From: a virus
Virus record (IMG/VR): IMGVR_UViG_3300032322_002033
Location: 30,075-94,074 of that record
Strand: one strand, 5' to 3'
DNA length: 64,000 nucleotides
Positions within the stretch are counted from its first letter, which is position 1, and every line of letters starts with the position of its first letter. Position numbers and translations under genes: made by a program. Below, in pieces: positions 49,119-62,000 of this stretch. Below the pieces are notes generated by a model. The model was not told where the DNA came from and did not search any database. It was given only the letters and a program-made list of their open reading frames with translations.

Positions 49119-51071
49119 ATGCAGGCAAATCAGGGAGGTGGTGGACAAAGTTCACTTACAAACGAAACGGTTTTAAAAGGTATGATTCCTGGTGCTGTCC
49201 AAATCGATGCGGTAAAATCAATATTAAAATCAATTGAAGTATATTCAAATTTAAACCAGTCTGTTGTTGATTATGGTACATTCATCGGTCAAAATGTTGC
49301 TTACCAAGAATTACTTACTCAAAAAGCAATTGAGTTTGGAAAACAACAAACCTTAAACATAAAGTCTACATCAGATTTTGAAAAAGTATTTTTTCAAATA
49401 AACCAAGAATTTAGTTCAGCTTATGGTAGAATTTCTTTGTTAACTAATGAACAAGTTGGGAATGTTGTTAAATATTCAGATGTTTTAAAAATAGCGTCCT
49501 CTGATTTATTAAACAACTTTTCTGATATTGGGTATTCAGTTGATGATGTTACTAAAGTAACCGCTGATTTAGCCAAATCTTCTAATAAATTTGCGGTTCC
49601 ATTACAATTAGTAGCTAATGAAGTAATTCCTAAATTATCTTTAATAAATAAATTAGGATTTACAAATGGTGTTGAGGGTCTTACCGAAATGGTTGCTCAA
49701 TCTAAATTATTAGGTTTAAGTTTTGAAAAAGTACAACAATATGGTGAAAAAATGTTTGACCCTGAGCAAGCTCAAATGGCGGCAAACAAATTTACTATGT
49801 TAGGTGCTCAAATTTCAGAATTTAAAGACCCATTTTTTTGGATGGGTTCAGTATATGATGGATTTGAAAAGATTACCCCAAAAGTATCTGAGTTATTTTC
49901 AACGTACTTACAATTTGATGAAGCAACAGGACGATTTAAAGTACCTAAAGGAGCTATTACGGACATTCAAAAATTATCTGAAGAATTTGGTATTACTTAT
50001 GAAGAGGCAGTTAAAACAGGGGGTCAATTTTTACAAGTTGAAAATCGAGTAAGTAAATTAAAGGGGGCATTTAAAAATTTAAATGATACGGAATTAAGGA
50101 GTTTAGCATCAAATGTTGTAACTACTACAGACGCTGCGGGAAAATTAGTGTACCAATTTGATTTGTTTGACAAAGAAGGAAAAACAACTACCGTTTCTAA
50201 AACATTAGAACAATTACAGGGTGATTTACAAACACAAGAAGAAATTTTAAAATTTTATAAACCACCTGAATATGAAAAATTGAATAACGATGAATTAGTG
50301 GAGACATTAAGACAGGGTTCAATTAGTGTAGGTGAAGAGTATGCTAGATACGGTAAGGTTACCTCTCAACAAATTCCTTTAGAGATGGCTCAAGCAGGAG
50401 TCACACCTGAACTTGTGGATAAATCTTTAGAAATTTATAAATCAAACGTTCAAGGGTTTATTAGTACATTTAATAGTTCAAATGCTCAGTTTAAATCGTT
50501 TTTGGATGGGTTTAATGGGAACATATCAACCTTTGTTAATAATTTAACGTCAGGTAATTTTCAAAAGGCTTTTGGAGATTTAACTTCTTTAGTTGGACAA
50601 TTTACAAATGTTGCTGGAACTGGAATATTAGAAAGCATACAAAAGTCTTTTACTAGTATTGTGGATACACAATTACCTAATTTAAGTACTAGTATTGATA
50701 CGTTAAATAATGCGGTTAACAGAATAAAAGGTGTTTTTGAAAATATTGAAAACTGGTCAAAAGGATTGAATGCTGAAAATGTCTCACAACCCGGCACAAA
50801 AGGTCCGAATAATTTAGAAATGAAAGAATTAACGGGGGGTCTTTCTGCAGCTATGCAAACGCCAAAAGTTAACGAAGTTGATTTTTCAAATATTAAAGAT
50901 ATGAATTTAACTACTGAAAATACTACTAATAAAAATGTTAATGGTAAAGTAATTTTAGAAGTTACATCATCTGGTAACCTTGATAAGGGTACGATGGAAT
51001 CCTTTAAAAAAGAAATTATGCAACCATCATTTTTACAACCTTTAAAAGTGGCGTTGGAAAACATGATATAG
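49119..51071 (+). CDS. Tape measure protein
   Basis: Predominantly helical composition; position after tube and chaperone. Confidence 0.65.
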   Translation: MQANQGGGGQSSLTNETVLKGMIPGAVQIDAVKSILKSIEVYSNLNQSVVDYGTFIGQNVAYQELLTQKAIEFGKQQTLNIKSTSDFEKVFFQINQEFSSAYGRISLLTNEQVGNVVKYSDVLKIASSDLLNNFSDIGYSVDDVTKVTADLAKSSNKFAVPLQLVANEVIPKLSLINKLGFTNGVEGLTEMVAQSKLLGLSFEKVQQYGEKMFDPEQAQMAANKFTMLGAQISEFKDPFFWMGSVYDGFEKITPKVSELFSTYLQFDEATGRFKVPKGAITDIQKLSEEFGITYEEAVKTGGQFLQVENRVSKLKGAFKNLNDTELRSLASNVVTTTDAAGKLVYQFDLFDKEGKTTTVSKTLEQLQGDLQTQEEILKFYKPPEYEKLNNDELVETLRQGSISVGEEYARYGKVTSQQIPLEMAQAGVTPELVDKSLEIYKSNVQGFISTFNSSNAQFKSFLDGFNGNISTFVNNLTSGNFQKAFGDLTSLVGQFTNVAGTGILESIQKSFTSIVDTQLPNLSTSIDTLNNAVNRIKGVFENIENWSKGLNAENVSQPGTKGPNNLEMKELTGGLSAAMQTPKVNEVDFSNIKDMNLTTENTTNKNVNGKVILEVTSSGNLDKGTMESFKKEIMQPSFLQPLKVALENMI

Positions 51072-51109
51072 AAAATTACAATTCTTCTATTTATTAGAAA
51101 ACACAAATA

Positions 51110-54100
51110 ATGTCAGATGTATTATCTTTTAATGGTTCAAAACAGTTTAGGGATAAACTTATAACAAGAAATTTAGTTCCTTACTATGTTGAGGGGTCTT
51201 ACGTACCGCCCAACGCACCATTAAACTATGAAATAGTTCAACAAGATAATTCACCAATTGATAGTGAAAATATAAGCTATGAAATTTTATCTGAACCTGA
51301 AAACGCGACAATTATTAACAAGTACCAACCTGAAAACTTTTTTGATGGTGCTGAATTCCTATCAGTTGTTGACCCACCAGGGGTTAATGAGGGTTTATTA
51401 AAAGATTTATCAACAGGTCCAAACGGAGAGTATATTGATTTTGTTGCTCCTGAATATAGTATATATGAAATTTTAACAAATACTAGTCAAAATTTATCTA
51501 ACGATACCTTCATTCAAAGATTGGCGGCTCAAAGACTTAAAGAGATATTTGAAGAAAGGATTGCTTCACAAATTGAAAGATATACAATAGGTAGAGTTAA
51601 TTTAAGTGCATTACAAGACCCATTTAATGCTAGTTTAGTTTTAAATGGACAACAACCTGTCATATATGATGATTTCACAATTACGGTACCTGACGGACCA
51701 ATAGATATTGCGTTATTTTTTCTACAAAGATTATCCGGTACTTATATTCCTGTTTCACCAATTGAAGGGGATTATACGACACCTGTTGAAAAGCAAAAAA
51801 CTGCTGCCGGTCAATTAATTGCAAATACTGGACTTGGAAGATTAGTTGGTAGATTATCTAATCGAGTATCTAATTTAATTAATTCTTCAGAAAAATTTTT
51901 ACAAAACACGGGTACAGGTCAAAAAAGGGCAATGTTCAACAGTATTGGATGGAATAGATTTAAACCACCATATGTTGATGCAATAGCTGGAGGACAGGCA
52001 ATTGCTAATTTATTTAACAAAAATCAATCATATACTAATTTTTATGTTGGTAGTGAACAAGAAGAAATTAATTTTATAAATTCACCTGCAAGTTTAATAC
52101 CTACAGACGCTTATGGTAATCCAATGAACATTATTGTTTATGGACCAAATAAGCTTGCTGATTTATATGAAGAAAATAGTACTTTAATTTTTGGTAACAA
52201 TAGTCAAACTTATGCCGATAGACCAGCACTTGATGGTGGATTTGTTTGGATAAGTGAAGAGACAAAATCTGAGGCTGGTAAAAAGGTGGGACAAGGTGGG
52301 GAACTATACGACTCTGACCCAAACTTTAATCAAATTTCTCCATACTACGAACAAGTTACATCAACAAACTATGATTTGAAAAAAGGGTCGATTTTAGATG
52401 AAACTCAAAGAATTGTTGATTCTGCTCCTAAGAAGGGTAAAGAAAGATTAGAACACGTTGGTAATGCCATTAACCAAGTATCAAAAGTATTTTTTGATGG
52501 TTATAAAGAAATTACCAAAGGTTCTCGAGTTAAAAAATATGTAACTAAAAACGGAAAAGAAGTTGGAGAAGAATATGGAAGAGTTTTCACTAAAGATAAT
52601 CCATATTTTGCGTATGGTAATTTACAATCTACAATAGCTAATACATCAGGTTTAGAAACAAGTGGAAATATAAGAAGGTCGTCATATTCTGTTTTAGACT
52701 CAACATACAATCTTAATATTAACCCATATAAGACATCTTCCACAAATCTTAACAATCCTACTGGTGGTCCTGCAAATGTTAAAAAATATATGTTGTCTAT
52801 TGAGAATTTGGCTTGGAAAGGAAGTTCAGAATATCTTGATTTACCCGATATTGAGAAGGGACCAAATGGAGGTAGAATTATGTGGTTCCCACCTTATGAC
52901 TTGACATTTGATGATAATTCACAAGCGCAATTCGATGCTACTGACTTTTTAGGTAGACCAGAGCCAATATATACGTATAAAAACACATCAAGGTCAGGTA
53001 ATCTTGGATTTACAATTATTGTTGACCACCCTTCGGTTTTGAATTTAATTGTTAATAAAGTTTTACAAGGAGAGAGTTCGAGGATAACTGATGAGGTTGT
53101 TGATTCATTTTTTTCAGGTTTAAAAAAGTATGATTTATACGAGATTGCTAGAAAATTTAATACTGTTAGTAGAACTAATTTAGAACAATTATATAACGAT
53201 GTATTAAGTGATGCGAATTCTTCTGATGAGGCGAAAAGACAAGCGGCAATTGCCTTAGGTTCTACCAGTACTACACCTAATGTTGAATTACCTGAAGTAG
53301 GTATTGATTATAATGACTATGGATTTTATTTTGACATAACGTCAACATCATCTTACCAAGATGATTATGATAATTATTTAAATAATTTACCAAACATATT
53401 AGTACAAGCCGGTTCATTTTCTTCTCAAACTGAAACTTTCTTTAATGAAGTAATTAAATCAAATTTTGATAAAGCAGATGCAATAAGAACCAAGGTTAAA
53501 TCATTAATTGAAAATGATAACATGAATGTTATTATTAGGATTAATGGTAGTAAAACAATTGGAGAAAGTGACAATTCATCAGTACAATTAGCGAATCGAA
53601 GATTAGAATCGGTTAAAGGTTTCTTTTCTGCCGCTGGTCTTGACAAGTATTTTGAAAATGAAAAATTGAGGATTGTTGGTACAGAGACTTTAGGAACATT
53701 AACTGATGGTATTGCTAGAGAAGGTAGTTCTGAAACAATTAATTGTTCCGAAACTTTAACAGGACAAGAAATACAATATTCATATAAAGCATTAGCTTGT
53801 AGAGCGGTTCGTTTTGAAAACATAGTTGTAAACGCTCCATCGGCAAATGTTAATAATCAGGGGACTCAACAAACTCCTGAAAATAACCCTAATGCTAAAA
53901 CGTTAAATGGTAGAAAACCACAAGGAAATCAAGGTGCTACACCAAACGCACAAGGATTAAGTAAAAAAATAATAAGACAATTATTAGTTGAGTCTGATTA
54001 TTTTGAAATTCTAAAAAAGGATAATCCTTTCTTTTATGATTCAATTAAAAGTAAAATTAAATACTTCCATCCTGCATTCCATTCTATGACACCCGAAGGT

Positions 54101-55726
54101 TTGAATAGTCGTATTACTTTTTTAAATCAATGTGTTAGACCTGGAAAAACAGTATCTACAAAAACGAGTGAAGGGAGTTTAGTTTCAAATGACGCAATTA
54201 ATACTAATTTTGGTAGACCACCTGTTTTAGTTTTAAGAATTGGAGATTTTTACAATTGTAAAATTATTCCTGGAACTATGAAGTTTGATTACGATGAACA
54301 TCAATTAGACATTAATCCTGAAGGTATTGGAGTACAACCCATGGTAGTTAAAGTTAGTTTGGACTTTGAAATGATTGGAGGTCATGGGTTAAAAGGACCT
54401 GTCTCTGAACTTCAAAACGCATTATCATTTAATTTCTATGCTAATACTGAAATGTATGATGAAAGAGCGACACCGACTGAGGATACAAGTGCGGTTGACG
54501 TTTCATTATTGGCGGCTATTGTTAATCAAGAACCCGCGTCAAATCTAAAAGATGTCTCAAATATTTTAGAAAATGACGGAGGAACAACAATTGGAAACAT
54601 TACGAATAATGTCCCATCAGGAAATACTCAAAGTGGGGTAATCGAATATAAAACATTTTTTGATAAATTGGTTGATAGTACTAAGAGTTACTTTGAAAAA
54701 ATAACATCAACATCTGAAAGCGTAATAAATGAATACAATTACGGAGTTTGGAAACAGATGATTAGTGAAATTAATTTTAGGGCTGGATTTATTGACAATC
54801 TACAAAATCCATCAATTACAGCAGTTAAGATTTTTGGTAAACCTACAAATTATGAACAAAATTTAACAGATGTAAAAGATGAGTTGATTACTGATATTGA
54901 CACTGACCAAGAACCTTTAATTGAACAATTAAATGATGATACCGCAATCACAGATGGTAATAAAGAAATTGTAAAAAATAATTATAAACAATATATTAAT
55001 AATTATTTCGGAACTTTTGTTGGTGGGGTTGGTTCAAAAACTCAGGATGTTGGAAATTACCAAGCTGATTTTTATCAAAATTTTAGAAAAATGGATTTTA
55101 TTTTAACTAAAAATGATGGTAAAATACTTACAGATGGTAACCAAAAAATTTATAGTTTAACAGGTGAAACAGTACAAGTTGAAACTGATTTAAGTTCCGA
55201 TTATTTACAAATTGGAACTGATATGCAATCTTATTATGATTTATTATTAACTAATAATGTAATTTTAGAAATTGATGAACCCGATGTTTTATTTACACCA
55301 TTAACAGGATTGATAAATACTGATGAAAAAAATAGACTATATACTATTTTGTCACCTGTATTTTTAGATGTTAATAAAAGAAATGAATTATCGACTGAGT
55401 TAAAGAAAAATTTATTACCTGTTAGTTCTGCGGAAACCATACAATATATTGATAGTTATGTTGAAGGAATTGCTTTAGATTTCCAAACAGAAAAAACTGC
55501 CGAGGTTGAACTAATAACAAATTTAAAATCTTCGACAGATTATCAAACGTTTGCTAACTATAATCCAAATGTTAGTGGAGTTGCAATTAAAGGAAAAAAT
55601 AGGAATTATACTTATACCACACCTAAAGATGATGCGACTGCAAAAACCAACCTTAAACAAATCTATCAAACTCAAAATTTGAACCAAGATAAAACAACAT
55701 ATAACGGTAAAAAAGTTTTTAATTAA
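51110..55726 (+). CDS. Large baseplate/tube-initiator protein with embedded OmpA-like segment
   Basis: WFPPYDL.F, FLGRPEPIYTYKNTSRSG.L.F and PPVLVLRIGD motifs; IRINGS..LANRRLESV segment. Confidence 0.6.
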   Translation: MSDVLSFNGSKQFRDKLITRNLVPYYVEGSYVPPNAPLNYEIVQQDNSPIDSENISYEILSEPENATIINKYQPENFFDGAEFLSVVDPPGVNEGLLKDLSTGPNGEYIDFVAPEYSIYEILTNTSQNLSNDTFIQRLAAQRLKEIFEERIASQIERYTIGRVNLSALQDPFNASLVLNGQQPVIYDDFTITVPDGPIDIALFFLQRLSGTYIPVSPIEGDYTTPVEKQKTAAGQLIANTGLGRLVGRLSNRVSNLINSSEKFLQNTGTGQKRAMFNSIGWNRFKPPYVDAIAGGQAIANLFNKNQSYTNFYVGSEQEEINFINSPASLIPTDAYGNPMNIIVYGPNKLADLYEENSTLIFGNNSQTYADRPALDGGFVWISEETKSEAGKKVGQGGELYDSDPNFNQISPYYEQVTSTNYDLKKGSILDETQRIVDSAPKKGKERLEHVGNAINQVSKVFFDGYKEITKGSRVKKYVTKNGKEVGEEYGRVFTKDNPYFAYGNLQSTIANTSGLETSGNIRRSSYSVLDSTYNLNINPYKTSSTNLNNPTGGPANVKKYMLSIENLAWKGSSEYLDLPDIEKGPNGGRIMWFPPYDLTFDDNSQAQFDATDFLGRPEPIYTYKNTSRSGNLGFTIIVDHPSVLNLIVNKVLQGESSRITDEVVDSFFSGLKKYDLYEIARKFNTVSRTNLEQLYNDVLSDANSSDEAKRQAAIALGSTSTTPNVELPEVGIDYNDYGFYFDITSTSSYQDDYDNYLNNLPNILVQAGSFSSQTETFFNEVIKSNFDKADAIRTKVKSLIENDNMNVIIRINGSKTIGESDNSSVQLANRRLESVKGFFSAAGLDKYFENEKLRIVGTETLGTLTDGIAREGSSETINCSETLTGQEIQYSYKALACRAVRFENIVVNAPSANVNNQGTQQTPENNPNAKTLNGRKPQGNQGATPNAQGLSKKIIRQLLVESDYFEILKKDNPFFYDSIKSKIKYFHPAFHSMTPEGLNSRITFLNQCVRPGKTVSTKTSEGSLVSNDAINTNFGRPPVLVLRIGDFYNCKIIPGTMKFDYDEHQLDINPEGIGVQPMVVKVSLDFEMIGGHGLKGPVSELQNALSFNFYANTEMYDERATPTEDTSAVDVSLLAAIVNQEPASNLKDVSNILENDGGTTIGNITNNVPSGNTQSGVIEYKTFFDKLVDSTKSYFEKITSTSESVINEYNYGVWKQMISEINFRAGFIDNLQNPSITAVKIFGKPTNYEQNLTDVKDELITDIDTDQEPLIEQLNDDTAITDGNKEIVKNNYKQYINNYFGTFVGGVGSKTQDVGNYQADFYQNFRKMDFILTKNDGKILTDGNQKIYSLTGETVQVETDLSSDYLQIGTDMQSYYDLLLTNNVILEIDEPDVLFTPLTGLINTDEKNRLYTILSPVFLDVNKRNELSTELKKNLLPVSSAETIQYIDSYVEGIALDFQTEKTAEVELITNLKSSTDYQTFANYNPNVSGVAIKGKNRNYTYTTPKDDATAKTNLKQIYQTQNLNQDKTTYNGKKVFN

Positions 55727-56049
55727 TGGCTGATTTATATTATAATCGATATACAAATTTTAATTTTAATGGGCAGTTCATTAATGTTCCATATGTAAAA
55801 TTACCTTCTAAGTCTACAGATAAGACAATTACTTATAAAGTTGGTAAAACTAGATTAGATAAGGTTTCCCAAACTTACTATGGTACACCATTTTTTGGGT
55901 GGTTAATACTTCAGGCTAATGGTATATATGGTGGGTCTGAACTTGAGATACCTGATAATAGTATATTGATAATACCATTCCCTTTACAGCCATCTTTATT
56001 AGATTATAAATCGGCGACCGACCAATATTTCTTTTATTATGGCAAATAA
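55726..56049 (+). CDS. Baseplate wedge LysM/tail-X-like protein (gp53-like)
   Basis: RLDKVSQTYYG..GWLILQAN..IP..LIIP. Confidence 0.7.
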   Translation: MADLYYNRYTNFNFNGQFINVPYVKLPSKSTDKTITYKVGKTRLDKVSQTYYGTPFFGWLILQANGIYGGSELEIPDNSILIIPFPLQPSLLDYKSATDQYFFYYGK

Positions 56050-59000
56050 AAATATATATGTAGACATTAACCAAGACAATATTTTTGTAGTTGACCCAAA
56101 CAGAGTTTTTAATTCTGAGGGATTGTCAGAACCTAGATACGTAAACCAAGATGAATTGGTAATGTACGTAAATTTAGAATGTGATTTAGTTCCAAGAAGT
56201 AGATTAGTAAGTGGTGCCGATGGTAAAAGTGGTAAACTACTAACGGTCGCGTCAGGGTCTATCAATTTTTTAAATCCAAATGGAAATAAAAAAATGACAA
56301 CTGATTGGACTGAATTGGTTAGTGAACAAAACGGAGACCCATCAATCATTAATAATGAGTTATTAGGGATTACAAGAATTAGTTATCGAATAAAACAAAG
56401 TTTTATTGCTTCATGTACTATTACATTAGAAGATGTTAGAGGTAGGGCATTATTTGAGTCTGGTGACAATTCAGTTTATTCTGCTTTTTTTAATTTCCCA
56501 CCACCAATTTTTTATTTAACTTTAAAAGGATATTATGGTAAGGCTTTAAGAGTAAGACTATGGTTACAAAGTTTTAATGCAGCATTAAATTCATCAAGTG
56601 GTAATTTTGAAATACAGTTAGAATTAACATCTGAAGATTTTGGAGTGTTAAAGGATATACAATATGGTGCAATTATGGCGGTACCGCAAATGTATAATAA
56701 AAGAGTTAGTCAAAATACTCAGACATCACCTGTAAATCAATCAAACCAAAGTTCTGAACCTGTTACTGACATGGTTGTTAATGGTGGGTTTGAAAAAATG
56801 AAATTAGTCTACGAAAATTACAAAAGTAGAAATTTGATACCTCAAGATTTTCCTGTTATGACAATACAACAACTTATTAATAAGTTGGATAATTTTGTAT
56901 TTGACACATTAGCAAACCAAGGAAAACAATCATTTACTTCTTATACTGATTTTGAAAATTATAAAAAACTATTACAATCTTATATTGACGAGGTTGTATT
57001 AGATTCTAATTCTTGGTACAACAAATATATGGATATAAAAAATCCATTTATTGTTACCGAAAATAATGTTAATTATAAAGTTTACACATTCAAACCTGAG
57101 ATAAGTGATACAATATCACCGAAAAAAGAACTTGAAGAAATTTTAATAAGATATAATCAAAAAATTAATGAAAATTCTACATTTGGTAATGAGGGTAATA
57201 AAAAGATATCATTCTCAATTACACTAAGAAATGTTGAGGCGTTGGGTTTTGTTCAGACAGATATTAACGATTTTGAAACATTAAAATTACGAAATAATGG
57301 AGTCGACCCAACAGATGAACAAATTGCAAAATTTCAAGATAGTACGATATTAACTTTTGCAAACGCTGACCAAATTCAGGCAAATGGAGGATATGGGTTT
57401 TATAGATTTACAGGATTAAATTATTTCTTTAATATTATTGAGGATGTTAGAACACAATTAAATGCGTACAATAAAGAAATTGAACAAGAACTTTCTGATG
57501 AGTTAGATAAAATTTTAGAATCAAATAAAGGACTTGGATTTAAACCTACTTTAAAAAATATACTTGCGGTAGTATTAGCCCAAACAGAAGCATTTTTACT
57601 TTTATTGGATGATGTACATGTAAAGGCATTTAATGTTCGAGATAGTTTAGTTAGAAAAAATGCTGTAACATTAAGTAACATACCTCAATTATCGGATGTT
57701 AAACCTCAACCTGACGCGCCTGTTTTTCCTTGGCCTCAGTTTTTGGTTTCAAAGATTGTTGATGGAAATGAAACATTTCAAAGTGAATACCCCGGTGATA
57801 AAAACTATATATCATTAACCAAGGCTACAAATAAAGAACTTTGGCCTGAGGTTGAATTTGTTGAAGAATTTATTAAAGGTTTCACAAAAAGAAATTTAGA
57901 CCCTCAAACACCCCAACCAACTACAAATTTAGATATTGTTAATAGATTATTACCTTCAGGTTTTGATACTCCACCATCCAATATAGTGTATTCAAATTTA
58001 GAAGTTATTAAATTCTTATTTGAAATTGAAGAGAGATTAGAACTTATATCAAAGTATCAAGGATATACAAGAGCGGATTATGGACAAATAATTCCATATA
58101 TCTCAGAAGCTGAAAGTACAAGTATTGTAAATGCGATTTTATCGAAAAGTATTGAATTAGTTAATATCTTAAAAGGTGCTGATTTTACACCACAAACTTT
58201 TTTAGATTATCTAAAAAGTGTTTCAAATAATGGTAAATCAAGTAACTATATAAATTTTGAAAGAGGTAACATAGTTACTGATTATTTAAAAGATGAGATT
58301 AACAATAGTTTTAGAATATTAGAAACTGATTTACCAAAAATACAAGTTAAATCAACTAAAGAAAATACGATTAAAACATATATAGAGTCTACAAAACATA
58401 ATGATTTAAGTTTCACCGACATATATCCGTTTATTGATAATAATTGGGATAAGAGTAATTTGGCAAATGGTACTTTAAATTATAGTTTTAAGAAGGCATT
58501 TGATACTCGATATTCATTATTTTATAATGAAAATATTAGAAAGTTTGCAAACTATAAAGATGAAAACGTTACAAAATATACAGGTAATGTTAATACTAAT
58601 CGACCATTTACAGATTTTAGAGTTTTAACAAATAAAATAACAAATCCTGTTAATTTACAAAGTTTTTATTTAAACAGGAACGGAAGTAATATGGTCCTTA
58701 CAGAAGGGGATTATGGAAGTAGTTTAACAACTTCTATGTTGAATACTAGTATTTTTACAAATGCTATGTATGATGGGATTTTAAACCAAAGAGATGGTCT
58801 TGAATATCCTTATAAAAGTGCGGCGTTTTTATTTTTGAATAGTTTACCATTAGCAACTCTCAGAGAATCTTTTAGAGATTTTGATGAATCTGAGGGTACC
58901 GAAACTGGTTTAATTGCTGCCAACTTTAAAAAATTTGGAGCTATAAATTATGTACCAAAACTATGGGCAATGAAGATTGGTTCTATTTGGAATAGGTACA

Positions 59001-62000
59001 AAAACAAAATAGAAACAAATAATGATATAATTGGAACTAAACAATTATTGGTAAATGAGTTTTATGATAATTCACAAACAAGTATTCAAGTTACTAATGA
59101 TATGTCGTGGGTGTCGGACACACTTTATAGAATAACATATGAAGGACAATTAACTGACATACGATTATTCCAATTAAATTATCAAGGTACTAATGCTTTG
59201 GTTAATTTAGGATTTTATCCATATCTTATTAATGATATATATTACTTTTTAAATGGGTTTAATATTTTTGACCCTAATGTTACACAAACTCCTCAGTCTG
59301 TTGAAACCGCAATTAATGACAAAATTAATAGTGGAGAAATTAAATTATATAAATCAACTAATGCGTCAATTATAAAAACTAATTTTAGCCCACCATTAGT
59401 TACCAATCTTTATGTTTATACTTGGACGGTATTGATTAAAAAAATTGATGATAATACGTGGTTTACTTGTCCCTCATTTGGAACAACACAAAATCAATTA
59501 AGTGATGAAATTACTAATACTGAAATTTTACAACATTTTAGTTTATTTGATGGTTCGGCAAGATTTCTATGGGGAGCTCCAAATTACGGGTCGTTTGATG
59601 GAAATGAGTTTGGTACAAAAACTGATGAGTATTTAAAATTAATTAATACAGGGGGTACTAAACAAATTGCATTTGATTTGATTAATTCAACCTCAATTGA
59701 AGAAATATTTTCAGTATTTGAAAAAAAAGAATTAGATGCTTTTGAAAGTTTATTTTTAGATTATTGTAAATCAAGTAAATCCACAACCGACGATTTTAAT
59801 TTTGAAACTCACATAAAAACATTATTAACATCAACATATAATTTAGATGGAAATACTGATGATAATAATATTGTTGAGGTACAAAACAAACAACTTGATA
59901 AATTTTCATCACAATTAAAAAAATATTTAAATTACAATATTTTAATATCTAAGGCGAATCCTACAGGGTATAATGAAAAATCTTTTAAGAGTTTGTCATC
60001 AAATCCTTTACCTGACTCAAGTGTTCAAATTTTTTATGCGACAGGTACTGCAAATGCTGTTCCAACCGCAACAAACTCAATTGACCTTGCAACGTCTCAA
60101 TCAAATTATCCTGAATCTTGGAAAGCTTTAAAATTGTTTGTTGGGTTTTCTACAATACCCGAATTACAATATACCGATGATGGTTCATACATTACAGACT
60201 TCTTTGAAACTTGTAATATTGGATTTGTACCTGAAAATATTGAATACTATGCAACATTAATCAAAATATTTGCATCTCAAAAATTAATCAACAATAATTT
60301 AACTTTTGAGAATTTTAAAACTTTATTAGATGATTATATCTCATCAAATAACACTTTAAAAAACGAAATTTTTGTACAAACATTTCAAAATTTAAAAAGT
60401 AAATTACCCGACTCATCACCAACTGAGGAGAATATTGACTTTTCACCTGTTGATGCATATGTAACTAAAATTGAATTGTATGACACATTTAAAGCTTTAA
60501 ATGATAAATGGGTTGGAGGAAACAATTATGGCGCTGAGACTTTATTAGAAAGTGTCTTATTAATAGATAGGGCGAATCGAAACATAAGTGATTTAATTAT
60601 TGCCGACACAAAGTTTGTGAAAGAGTCCTTACAACAATATGGCAATCGATATAATATTCATAATTTAATTAAAGATTTTGTTATCCATCATGGATTTGTT
60701 ATAACGTATAACCCAACCTATATTAATTATTATAACCAACTTGTACCGACAGATAATAACATAGACTTATCTGAATCACAAGAATTATTTGCCGATAAAT
60801 TATTTGGAACCTATGATGTTGTAGATTATCAAGAGTCAAAACCAAAAATAGTTTGTGTTTATAAAAACACTCCATCATCACAATTAGATAATAATAATGT
60901 TAATAATGGGTATAATAATGATGGGTTTGATTTAAAAAATTTACAAACGCCATTAATTGAAAATTTAACGGTTAAAGAAACTAAAAAAGATTATGCTCTT
61001 TCAAATAAAGTAGTTGGATTTGTGGTCGATTTTGGATTACAAAACCAATCGGTATTTAATGATATATCATTAAATCAACAAACAGGGGAACCTACTGCAG
61101 AATCATTAGACGCTCAATATCTCTTGGCAACATCTAGTTCAGGTATACAGACAGCAACACAATCAGTTTCGTTAATGAATGTTTTTAAAACTAGAGCATA
61201 TACTGCGACTATTAGTTGTTTTGGTAATATGATGATTCAACCAACAAATTATTTTATATTGAGAAATACTCCGTTATTTAATGGTACATACTTAATTACT
61301 GAAGTAACACATGAAATAACTAATGGAAATTTTGAAACAATCTTTAATGGGTTGAGAATCCCTGTTAGAAGTTTACCAATAACTAATCCATTATTAACAA
61401 CAATAAAACAAAATTTATTAACAGATGTTAGGAATAATTATCAAAATAGTGTCCAAACACAACAACCTGTAACTACAACAACTACAAATGTTGTACAACA
61501 AAAAACAAATACTTCAAATAATATTTTGACAACTAATAAAATTGCTAATGTTCAAAATTGTACACCGACATTTAACAAATATCAGAATTACACATCAATA
61601 ACTCCTGAAGAAAATAAGTATACGTTAAGTGCAGTTACAGATTACGTTAAAACTTTAACAATATTATATAACGAAAGATTATTAACTTTAGTTTATCTAA
61701 TGTCTCAAACATATAATAATACTACTTCATCTTTTGTTTGTTATAATAATAATTTAGGAAATATTAGTTTAGATGTAACAAGTGGATGGGGAGGTAATTT
61801 AGCTGACTTATTTGAAAATCAATTCATTTGTTTAACTAATGATGCTAATAATACAGGTTCATTTGCGGTGTTTAGTACAAAGGAAAAGGGTATTCAATTT
61901 GTCTATAAAAAATTCATTAAGAAAATTTATACAACTGCGGTCACAAATAATGTTGACTCTGACATATTCAGTCAACAATTTGTAAAACAATTAATATTGG

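Noticed and set aside
50561-51106. 181-aa antisense ORF over the tape measure, and similar ones at 5722, 6741, 53425 and 55999
   Set aside because: They overlap well-supported genes on the opposite strand and show no recognisable motifs
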